From NCBI GenBank assembly GCA_046050355.1, contig JBJOPW010000011.1, positions 1-36,049 of the forward strand: a stretch of DNA of 36,049 nt. Reading direction: 5' to 3'. Position 1 is the first letter of the stretch; each line of letters opens with the position of its first letter. The translations under genes were made by a program, and so were the position numbers. Source of the stretch: Candidatus Parcubacteria bacterium. GTDB taxonomy: Bacteria; Patescibacteriota; Minisyncoccia; Phycocordibacterales; UBA918. Shown one piece after another: positions 1-7,682 of this stretch. Below the pieces are notes generated by a model that saw only the letters and a list, made by a program, of their open reading frames with translations, was not told the origin of the DNA and made no database searches.

Positions 1-122
1 TCAATTGAAAGTGCTTGTTTTTCATCAGACTCGGTAGATTTTCTGGCGTAGAGTAGATACTTAACTGGCACTTTTGGTACGTCGGTTTTAACGCCAAAGT
101 TGTTCATTACTTGTGTTTCCAT
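1..122 (-). CDS. Serine recombinase (resolvase/large serine integrase family), N-terminal part; runs off the window edge
   Basis: Not in the ORF track. ATG at 122 on the minus strand reads METQVMNNFGVKTDVPKVPVKYLLYARKSTESDEKQALSI, containing the YARxS catalytic-serine motif followed by Q..SI. Confidence 0.85.
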   Translation of the reverse strand, partial: METQVMNNFGVKTDVPKVPVKYLLYARKSTESDEKQALSI

Positions 123-338
123 CAATAATTAATGACAGACCTGCACGAGATGCATAGCTATGCAGACTAAGAAAAGTGTCACATACTCGCTGAAAGCCTT
201 AGCAAAGACACAAACATACGATAGGATGAAATTAGCAGACAAATCTGCTAAAATGTCGTTGTCGCACAATTGAATACATAGAAGTAGCCTAAACTTCAGA
301 GAATATCTGGAGCATGGTGAAAAGTCCTATCAAGCATA

Positions 339-421
339 AAAAACCCGTCATGGGGTTGCTTGATAGGCCGTATCGGGAAACTGGTACGAGAGGGTTCGCC
401 CTCTACCCGTGGCGGGCTTTT
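339..421 (+). ncRNA. Putative structured leader RNA resembling C4-type antisense RNAs
   Basis: Closing stem 344-354/406-416, GAAA-capped hairpin 369-388, UUCG-capped hairpin 389-404. Single-stranded 357-367 is complementary to two flanking direct repeats at 322-337 and 444-459. Confidence 0.5.
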
Positions 422-464
422 TGTATACCCGCCACGAATTATTAAGTCCTATCAAGCATTAATT

Positions 465-950
465 ATGGAAACAAATACACCAGTAGTGAAGAAGCCGTTT
501 TATAAGAAGAAGTGGGTTTGGGCGGTCGCTGTCGTTCTTTTAATTATCATTGGATCAAGTGGTGACAGTTCACAAACAACAAAAACAACTAGCGATACAG
601 CAGAAGCTGAAAAAGTTGCGGTAACAGAAGTTGCTCTTGAAGTCACTGCTACAAAACTAATAGCTGATTACAAAGCCAACGAGATTTCAGCTGATGGTAT
701 GTACAAGGATAAACAAGTAAAAGTAACAGGTGTCGTTGGGTCTATTGCAAAAGATATACTCGATAATCCGTACGTTACTCTTACTGACGAAACACAGTAC
801 GGAATTGAATCAGTACAGTGTTACTTTAGTAAAGCAGATCAGGCTAATCTGGCGAACGTTACTAAAGATACCCGTATAACTCTACAAGGTCGTGTTTCCG
901 GTAAATCACTAACAAACGTATTAGTGAAAGAGTGTTCAATTTCAGAGTAA
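465..950 (+). CDS. Membrane-anchored OB-fold protein (tRNA_anti-like family)
   Basis: Likely start is ATG 465. KKPFYKKKW plus a hydrophobic helix, a S/T-rich linker, then 'L..Y..NE..AD..YK.K...V.G.V..I' and two Cys, typical of this OB-fold family. Confidence 0.7.
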   Translation: METNTPVVKKPFYKKKWVWAVAVVLLIIIGSSGDSSQTTKTTSDTAEAEKVAVTEVALEVTATKLIADYKANEISADGMYKDKQVKVTGVVGSIAKDILDNPYVTLTDETQYGIESVQCYFSKADQANLANVTKDTRITLQGRVSGKSLTNVLVKECSISE

Positions 951-986
951 TTATTTATTATGAAAGAACTTTCAAAATAGTGCTGA

Positions 987-2036
987 CTATTCGTTCAACC
1001 AGAACCAAAAGTCATTCTTAAGGTTTTCGCCAAACATATAGGCATTGGCATGAGAAATGACGCCCATGTAAGATTGCAATGTTGACTTCAATGAGGTCTC
1101 ACTTATTTCTCCTTGCTTGTATAACTGGACGCTCTTTCGTAACTTCCTAGGAATTCTTCGTTTCGTCTTACTCCGCATTTTAATGTGTTCGGGCAAAATG
1201 ACATACCCAAGAAAGTCGATACCTTGGTGATGGGTGGTAAGAGTGACTTTTTTAGGATGTAACTCAAGATGGAGTTTAGTATTAAGAAAGTTTCGCATTG
1301 GAGGTAGTAAGTTCTCAAGATAGACCTTATCTGAGGAAATTAGAATAAAGTCATCAGTGTAACGTGCATAGTGTTTTACCTTAAGATCCCGCTTCACAAA
1401 CTGATCAAACTCATTCATGTAGATATTGGCAAAGATCTGTGATGTAAGGTTACCAATCGGTACTCCTTTCCGGTCAAAAAGATTCGTACGAACAGCGTCA
1501 AAACTGCCAATAATCTCATTCATGAGTCGGACTATTTTTTCATCTTTTACTCTGTGACTAATAATCTTGGCTAATACGTTGTGATCAATGGAATCAAAAA
1601 ATTTTCGTACATCACATTTGAGTGCGTAGCAGGTGCGTGTGTTATTGCGACTTTCTGCCCGAATCATGTCTGCAACTTTCGTGACTCCCTTATGCGTTCC
1701 TTTACCAACACGACACGAAAAAGAATTTGGAATGAAAGTTGGCTCAAATACCGGATTCAACGCTCGAAATACAGCGTGATGAAGAACTCGGTCACGCACG
1801 GTTGCTTTATGTATCCGTCTCACTTTTGGATCATGAATCCAGAATCCTTTATATGGTCCATGCTGGTATGTTTCATTTTTCAAATCTCGATACAAGCCAA
1901 AAATGTTTTGTTCAAGATTTATTTCAAATTCTGCCACATCAGGCTTATTTCGTTTGTCGGCTTTAAATATTTCCCAAGCCTTAAACAACGCTTGCGGAGA
2001 AATTATTAACCAGAACAATTCCTTATAAATTTTCAT
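987..2036 (-). CDS. DGR reverse transcriptase
   Basis: RT motifs RDRVLHHA, LKCDVRKFFDSIDH, GVPIGNLTSQIFAN (DGR-type SQ), RYTDDF and GIDFLGY; 349 aa with no maturase or endonuclease extension; adjacent TR/VR pair. Confidence 0.95.
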   Translation of the reverse strand: MKIYKELFWLIISPQALFKAWEIFKADKRNKPDVAEFEINLEQNIFGLYRDLKNETYQHGPYKGFWIHDPKVRRIHKATVRDRVLHHAVFRALNPVFEPTFIPNSFSCRVGKGTHKGVTKVADMIRAESRNNTRTCYALKCDVRKFFDSIDHNVLAKIISHRVKDEKIVRLMNEIIGSFDAVRTNLFDRKGVPIGNLTSQIFANIYMNEFDQFVKRDLKVKHYARYTDDFILISSDKVYLENLLPPMRNFLNTKLHLELHPKKVTLTTHHQGIDFLGYVILPEHIKMRSKTKRRIPRKLRKSVQLYKQGEISETSLKSTLQSYMGVISHANAYMFGENLKNDFWFWLNE

Positions 2037-2039
2037 ACT

Positions 2040-2393
2040 ATGAATGATTTAGACATACCAATTTTCAAGAAGACATACGACCTGTACAAAGACTTTTATC
2101 AACTACGTCTATCTGTACCGAAGCAGGATCGGTATACTCTTTGGCAAAAATGCGAAAGTCTTCTCATTGAAGTACTTGAGGGCATTCTCTCTGCCAGTCA
2201 GCAATCGAAATCTGAAAAACTTCCAACATTAGAAAAGACAAGTATTAAACTTAATTTCTTACGTATGTGCGTCCGTCTTATGAAAGACATAAAAGCGATT
2301 GATGATAAGAAGTATATTCTCATCGAAGCCAATCTCGACGAAATCGGAAGGATGCTTGGTGGTTGGATTAAGTCTACAAAGACCGTTAGCTAA
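2040..2393 (+). CDS. avd: DGR accessory variability determinant (Avd-like four-helix bundle)
   Basis: 117 aa helical basic protein with PK.DRY.L and EIGRMLGGW motifs, located between RT and TR. Confidence 0.85.
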   Translation: MNDLDIPIFKKTYDLYKDFYQLRLSVPKQDRYTLWQKCESLLIEVLEGILSASQQSKSEKLPTLEKTSIKLNFLRMCVRLMKDIKAIDDKKYILIEANLDEIGRMLGGWIKSTKTVS

Positions 2394-2395
2394 AA

Positions 2396-2422
2396 GAAAC
2401 TCCCGCACAAAGCGGGAGTTTC
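2396..2422. terminator. Hairpin, possible bidirectional terminator between avd and the TR
   Basis: GAAACTCCCGC-acaaa-GCGGGAGTTTC, a perfect 11-bp stem, with a T run on the minus-strand side. Confidence 0.6.
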
Positions 2423-2440
2423 CCTATAGATAGAGGTATG

Positions 2441-2560
2441 ACTGCCTGCCAGCCGACAGACCCAGATTGCCGTTGCGGTTGTCGTCCCAGTAGTTGTTGA
2501 CGTTCAGACCCTTGGCATCGAAGTTGCCGACGTTGACACGGTTACCGTCCGAGTCGAGAT
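2441..2560 (-). repeat. DGR template repeat (TR)
   Basis: Ungapped match to 2921-3040 at offset 480. 14 of 17 mismatches within 2441-2559 lie at minus-strand TR adenines; 9 in-frame AAY codons. Confidence 0.95.
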
Positions 2561-2844
2561 ATTGCTTGTTTCCGTCCGTGGCACTAGAAATTAAGGTTTG
2601 CTACTCCGTGAAGAGTTTATATCCTTTCCTTCTTGAATTTTATTTGAGAGCAGATTCTTTATAGAACCATCTCCACTAGAAACGAGCAAGAAGTTCTCTC
2701 TATCCTTGTTCGCACTCTGCTGTGATCCGTAGACCAGTAGCACTCTGGCGATTCTCAAAGTGAGATATCCCGCGAGTGTGAACCGTAACCCACACTACAG
2801 TAGCAAGATAAAGAAAGTATATTTCGTTTGTATAAAAAATGAAA

Positions 2845-2880
2845 GAGCCTCCGTGCGAAAAAAAATTCGCGCGGAGGCTC
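2845..2880 (-). promoter_or_regulatory. GC-rich inverted repeat downstream of the VR (candidate DGR homing hairpin and/or terminator)
   Basis: GAGCCTCCGTGCGAA-aaaaaa-TTCGCGCGGAGGCTC, a 15-bp stem with one mismatch, about 40 nt past the target stop codon. Confidence 0.6.
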
Positions 2881-2918
2881 AAGGTTTCAAGAGGAACAAG
2901 TCCTCAAGTGGTCAAGGA

Positions 2919-3719
2919 TCACTTCCTGCCAGCCGACAGACCCAGACCGCCGCCGCGGTCGTCGTCCCAGTCGTAGCTGACGTAAAGACCCTTGGCAACG
3001 AAGTAGCCGACGAAGACACGGAGACCGTCCGAGTCGAGACTCGACGTGCGAACGTAGACGCTCGGCAGCAGATAGGTGTTGCGAACGGCCTTGAAGGTCG
3101 TCACGCACCACGCCACTTCGGCAACGTTCGGGGTCACCTCGTCGTCGGACAGAAGAGCCTGCTGCTCGGCCCAGTTCTTCGCGGTCGATTGCGGGACCGG
3201 CTCCTTGCGAAGCATGATCCAGCGGGTTTCGGCCTTGTCGTTCTGGGCGAACGCTTGCTCGGCATACCAGCCGCCTTCCTTCGAGTAGAAGTAGTCCTTC
3301 TTGAGGCTGCGAACCTCGAGGAGGGACATGGGGCGGTTGGGTCCAGCGATCAGCATGTAGCCGTTGTCGCGGCACCACTCGAACACTTCTTGCGAAGGAA
3401 CGGTGTCGCTGAACTGCGCGAGCTGGTCGTCGGTATAGACGATCGCTTTGCGCGACTTCATGACATCCTCGGGGGAGATGAAATCCTTGCCGAGGATGGT
3501 GCGGACCAGTTCGTAGTTCGGCGCTTTCGCCGAGAAGCGACTGATCCCCGCGAGCATGTAGGCGGCGAAGCCCGGGTGCTCGTTGAGTCTCTGCGCGCCA
3601 TCTTCATCGAGTCCGGCCTTATTGTATTGGGCGCGGAACGTTTCGGTAGCTCTTTGTCCTTTCGGACCGTCTGCGGTTACCAGTGCAGACGTGTTCAATG
3701 ACTGTTTCATCGACATCAT
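2919..3719 (-). CDS. DGR target (variable) protein with C-terminal VR, probably a C-type-lectin-like fold
   Basis: The last ~39 codons (LDSDGLRVFVGYF...LGLSAGRK) are the VR. AAGG lies just before the ATG; no signal peptide is seen. The fold is inferred from known DGR targets. Confidence 0.9.
   Translation of the reverse strand: MMSMKQSLNTSALVTADGPKGQRATETFRAQYNKAGLDEDGAQRLNEHPGFAAYMLAGISRFSAKAPNYELVRTILGKDFISPEDVMKSRKAIVYTDDQLAQFSDTVPSQEVFEWCRDNGYMLIAGPNRPMSLLEVRSLKKDYFYSKEGGWYAEQAFAQNDKAETRWIMLRKEPVPQSTAKNWAEQQALLSDDEVTPNVAEVAWCVTTFKAVRNTYLLPSVYVRTSSLDSDGLRVFVGYFVAKGLYVSYDWDDDRGGGLGLSAGRK
2921..3040 (-). repeat. DGR variable repeat (VR)
   Basis: Copy of the TR at the 3' end of the target gene; all nine TR Asn codons are substituted (L,F,Y,Y,S,Y,D,G,G). 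Confidence 0.95.
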
Positions 3720-3844
3720 CCTTTGTTGGTTTTCCGAAATCGCTCGGTAACGACTGGTCTCTGTGCGAGACGAGCGAGCTATGGCCTATAGAAATAAGCC
3801 ACAATTCGCTCGTCTCAGTGATTTTTTTCAAAGAACGGACTTAT

Positions 3845-3874
3845 AATATAACACGAATACATAGTATCTGTCAA
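3845..3874 (-). promoter_or_regulatory. Putative sigma70 promoter for the DGR target gene
   Basis: Minus strand TTGACA (3874-3869), 18-nt spacer, TGn-TATATT (3850-3845). Confidence 0.55.
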
Positions 3875-3929
3875 GCAAGTGCTGGGATGATTTCTAACAT
3901 AGTATCGTCATATAGCGTTATATCTTACC

Positions 3930-5366
3930 TTACGCAAAAAATATTCTCGGTCGTTCTGGTTTCTTATTAACCATAACTTCAAGCGTGACTAACGAAAATG
4001 CATCAGCTAGATCATCATGCTTTTCTGAGCCAAAATGTATCAACTCTTGAATTAATTTATCGCTTGTTTCGTGTGGAAAAAAGACCCGTTTTTCACTGAG
4101 TGCCGTAGCAGCTAGATTAAGACGTTCTCGCTTATCCCCAAGCGGTCGAACTCCCTCAACTTCAATTGCTGTTTTTTCAAAATGTTGCACCACAGCCTCC
4201 TGATAAGCAACATTCTCAATTAAGAATTCTGGACTGAGCTTATACTTGGAGTTCAATTTAAGGTCAAGATATTTAATTTGTTCGCATGTTTTAGGAAAGC
4301 TCATGCGTGCATGTACAATCTCAGGTAATACGTACATGTATAACTCGCTGTTTTTTGTACAAGCCATAATAGGAACCATGGCGGTGTAGTCAGCTGTTGT
4401 CTTTTCTGAAATCGCAAGATCTACACCTACAAAAATACCTAAACGCTTCATGTCACTTGGTATCTCGTGATAGGTGCGAATCCAGAGAGGATCTATAATC
4501 TGCTCGTCATCAGGAATAATTTTCAATAGGTACTCCCGTTCCCATGCCTGATTACTCATTACCTCCTTCCTTAGTTTCTCAAGTGATTCCTTGTCAGGAA
4601 ACTTTTCTGGCCACAAACAATCCCCGTGACCATTAACAAGCGGGTAAGCTTTGAAAACACCAGATACTTCATTGTCATCAATTTTCTTTCGCAATCGAAC
4701 CATCAGCGAATCATCGTGTACCAGGTTCCCGATCAGCACAATTTTTGTATTGAGATCCCCAGCAGGAATGATTTCGCCAGTAAACCAATTAAAGGTCTTG
4801 TCACGGTTGTCCTGAGTTTTAGTAGAAGCAATATCTTCAATGTCGTCGCAGATAATTAAGTCAGGACGATGACTTTTATGTCGAAGTCCACGCATACTTT
4901 GGTCAGCTGACAGTACCATAATACGAGCATCATATTTTGGTATGACAATCGAAGATGCTCGCCATTCATCCTGTGGCTCCTCAAATGGACCGAGATCCTG
5001 TTTCAAGAGTTCATTACGTTCTAGTTCGACTTTTATGTTATGAAGTAACTGCTTAGCCTGTACTTGTGTTCGAGAGATCAGTAGTACAAACTTTTTTTGT
5101 TGTTTACCCAGGATTGCCCAAATCGGGTATGACAATGAAAAAATAGTTGATTTTGCTGATCCTCTAAACGAGACTATGGCAAAAAACTTTTCATCGGTGC
5201 GTTCCGTGAATTCAATCATTTCTGTATGGAACGACGCACTCGGATATTTAATGTATTCATGGAGGTAAATTGGTATAAAGTATTTGTGGCTTTCTTTAGT
5301 CACTTCACGTCGTACGGCACTGTCATTGGTAATTCGCTCAAGTAGATCTGAAGAAAAATTATTCAT
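3930..5366 (-). CDS. terL: Phage terminase large subunit-like protein
   Basis: Walker A-like FRGSAKST, Walker B DLIICDDIED, nuclease-domain GVDLA...DYTA and C-terminal HDDLADA. Confidence 0.85.
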   Translation of the reverse strand: MNNFSSDLLERITNDSAVRREVTKESHKYFIPIYLHEYIKYPSASFHTEMIEFTERTDEKFFAIVSFRGSAKSTIFSLSYPIWAILGKQQKKFVLLISRTQVQAKQLLHNIKVELERNELLKQDLGPFEEPQDEWRASSIVIPKYDARIMVLSADQSMRGLRHKSHRPDLIICDDIEDIASTKTQDNRDKTFNWFTGEIIPAGDLNTKIVLIGNLVHDDSLMVRLRKKIDDNEVSGVFKAYPLVNGHGDCLWPEKFPDKESLEKLRKEVMSNQAWEREYLLKIIPDDEQIIDPLWIRTYHEIPSDMKRLGIFVGVDLAISEKTTADYTAMVPIMACTKNSELYMYVLPEIVHARMSFPKTCEQIKYLDLKLNSKYKLSPEFLIENVAYQEAVVQHFEKTAIEVEGVRPLGDKRERLNLAATALSEKRVFFPHETSDKLIQELIHFGSEKHDDLADAFSLVTLEVMVNKKPERPRIFFA

Positions 5367-5745
5367 GTTTCTTTGTTGTAATGTTTGATAATTCCAGCGC
5401 TTGTCTAATAGTTTCTTTCTGAGTGTCAGTTAACTCAGGCAGTTCGTGCTTATTGACTACTTCCACCTTGTCTTTATAGGCTGGATGGCGTTTATTGAGC
5501 CAGAATCGTACCGCTGGAAAGTTCTTTTCCTTGATTAGGGTGAGAAGCTGGCTTTCACTCATGTCGTTCACCAAAGCAACACCGTCAGCGAGGGCTTGCC
5601 TCATTTTCTTCTCAAACTCCTTATCTTCTTTTCGCCAGCGGTATACTGTATTGCGAGACAAGTCAGCTTTCTCACACGCCACCTGTATAATTGGGACCTT
5701 AGTCAGCTCAAGCAAAAACTGTTCCTGAAATTTATTCTTTTTCAT
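5359..5745 (-). CDS. HTH protein, probable terminase small subunit
   Basis: ACEKADLSRNTVYRWRKEDKEF helix-turn-helix; overlaps the terL start. Confidence 0.65.
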   Translation of the reverse strand: MKKNKFQEQFLLELTKVPIIQVACEKADLSRNTVYRWRKEDKEFEKKMRQALADGVALVNDMSESQLLTLIKEKNFPAVRFWLNKRHPAYKDKVEVVNKHELPELTDTQKETIRQALELSNITTKKHE

Positions 5746-7006
5746 AGTAGTTTTTGATTACTATTGCTTTCCGACCAGTCAGTTTCTCGTAGCGACGAAT
5801 TGCTAAATCGCAAAAAACAGGTTCGATTTCAAGCGAATATACTTTTCTATCCAGTTGTTCAGCACAGATCATGGTGCTAGCAGATCCTGAGAATGCATCG
5901 AAGATAATGTCCCCAGGCTTAGTGCATCGCATAATAAACTTATGGTGCAGTTCGGGATTCTTACTAGTTGGGTGCTCCATTTGGTTTGAAGGTAATCGCT
6001 TAGTCGCCCAAATATTCGAGATATCTTCAAGTAGTTGATTACCCGTCGTGCAATCTTTGTTTTGGATCTCATTAAGATTTTTTATGAGGTCAGATAAGTA
6101 CGGAGAACCTTTTGTCCCATACACACAAAACTCTGTGCACTTATTAAATGCAACGGTCGGTATCGGGGACGAATTGTTCTTCACCCATATGTTGAGTCGT
6201 CGGTTCTTGATACCAAGTTCCATATAAAGTGTCTGGAATACCCATACCCACGCTTCGTCACACCAAAATGCGACATGTGTGTCTTTAGTAGCTACTGCAA
6301 GCGACGACTGCATGACTTTTCGTATAAAGTCTACATAGGCATCAGGTGACTGATTGTCATCAAACGACCCACCGTAATTACTTTTGTTACCAACACCTTT
6401 GTCATACGAAAGACCAATATTGAACGGCGGATCACTATAGATAGCGACTGCCTTGTCATCACCAAACAGTTTTTTGACTGCACTAATATCAGTTGAACTG
6501 GCACAAAGCAGTTTATGTTTGCCCATGACAATAAGATCACCTAGCTTTGTTTGTGGTGCTTTAATCTGCTTAAGTTCTTTCTCGACATCGAACATGTCAT
6601 CTTTGGTGTCATTATCTTCGTCCCAGAACTTCACCAGCTCCTTTTCATCAAATCCTGCGAATTGAAGTAACTCTAAGTCAAAAGACTTTAATTTATCGAA
6701 GTCCCACTCTCCGTCATTAATGTTGCTTTCAATACCAATTTTCCGTCGCTCATTGTCTGTGAGTTTTCGACTTGGGACTAATACATTTACCTTACCAATG
6801 CCAAGCTCAGTGAGTGCCGTCTTGCGCTGATTGCCCGATAGTATAGTGTTATCGGTATCAATGACGATTACACTGTGAAATCCGTTTTGCTTAATTTTCG
6901 TCTTTAGCTTATCGAGACCTTGTTGTGATATTTTTCTTGGATTTTCCTTCCAAGGTAATAAATCTGTAACTTCTCGTACTTCTGCACGCCAGATTAGTTT
7001 CTTCAT
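5732..7006 (-). CDS. ParB-like N-terminal domain fused to an N4/N6 DNA methyltransferase
   Basis: N-terminal NPRKI...ILSGNQR (ParB/Srx-like); catalytic DPPF; HPTSK; SAM-binding DAFSGSAST; phage-type arrangement upstream of the terminase genes. Confidence 0.9.
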   Translation of the reverse strand: MKKLIWRAEVREVTDLLPWKENPRKISQQGLDKLKTKIKQNGFHSVIVIDTDNTILSGNQRKTALTELGIGKVNVLVPSRKLTDNERRKIGIESNINDGEWDFDKLKSFDLELLQFAGFDEKELVKFWDEDNDTKDDMFDVEKELKQIKAPQTKLGDLIVMGKHKLLCASSTDISAVKKLFGDDKAVAIYSDPPFNIGLSYDKGVGNKSNYGGSFDDNQSPDAYVDFIRKVMQSSLAVATKDTHVAFWCDEAWVWVFQTLYMELGIKNRRLNIWVKNNSSPIPTVAFNKCTEFCVYGTKGSPYLSDLIKNLNEIQNKDCTTGNQLLEDISNIWATKRLPSNQMEHPTSKNPELHHKFIMRCTKPGDIIFDAFSGSASTMICAEQLDRKVYSLEIEPVFCDLAIRRYEKLTGRKAIVIKNYYEKE

Positions 7007-7167
7007 TTTATTTAGTACTTACGTAAATAAAATGTATGGATATAGAAAAAGCCTACTTCCACACACGAAATAGCAAAACCGTTTGGTTAACTATTTCTTG
7101 CGCGGAGTAGGCATAGCGGTGAGGCGGTGCGTTACTCTACTTTTTACTACGCAATGATGAGTTAATT

Positions 7168-7578
7168 TTACTCCTCTGATTTTTCTTTGGCAAGGCCTCG
7201 GATTTTCCGCTTGCCGTTTTTGCTGTGTATAAACTGCTCAGCGTCATTACCAAGCTTCGTTGGCGCTCCGCCTTTGGGAAAGGCGAAAAACACCTTACCC
7301 CCATTTGCATTAGTCTGACGGACTAATGCAATAAGTTCAGGATCATTCTCGATTTTGTCATTGATTGTATCTTTGTCTTTTTGCAGATCACCTGTTGATT
7401 GAACATACACCCGAGTCGCTTCTTTCTTATCCATCGCTCTTACTATCTTTTTGCCAACGGAGGGTGTTTCCGAGAAATCCCTAGTGTGAAGTGACATATC
7501 CGTAACATGAATTACTACATCACCATTTTGTGGCATTCGGGTGGGTGCGTGGGTTATTAGTTTATCTACCATTTTCAT
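7168..7578 (-). CDS. Hypothetical protein
   Basis: 136 aa ORF filling the intergenic space; no motif recognised. Confidence 0.55.
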   Translation of the reverse strand: MKMVDKLITHAPTRMPQNGDVVIHVTDMSLHTRDFSETPSVGKKIVRAMDKKEATRVYVQSTGDLQKDKDTINDKIENDPELIALVRQTNANGGKVFFAFPKGGAPTKLGNDAEQFIHSKNGKRKIRGLAKEKSEE

Positions 7579-7682
7579 ATGATTATTTTACTACGAAACA
7601 ATATCTAATGACTGACTACACTTAGAATAGCCTTATTTTTAGTATAATTGAGACATTCTCTGTATCAGGGCGGTATGACTTT

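Noticed and set aside
360-464. N-terminal extension of the OB-fold ORF from TTG 360
   Set aside because: It runs through the structured leader; ATG 465 gives a typical basic-plus-TM N-terminus.
987-2036. RT as a group II intron or retron enzyme
   Set aside because: It has the DGR-type SQ motif, no maturase or endonuclease domain, and an adjacent avd and adenine-biased TR/VR pair.
2760-3701. 313-aa plus-strand ORF (also 2887-3378 on the minus strand)
   Set aside because: These are shadow frames of the GC-rich DGR target; the 2919-3719 frame is the one that puts the TR AAY codons in register.
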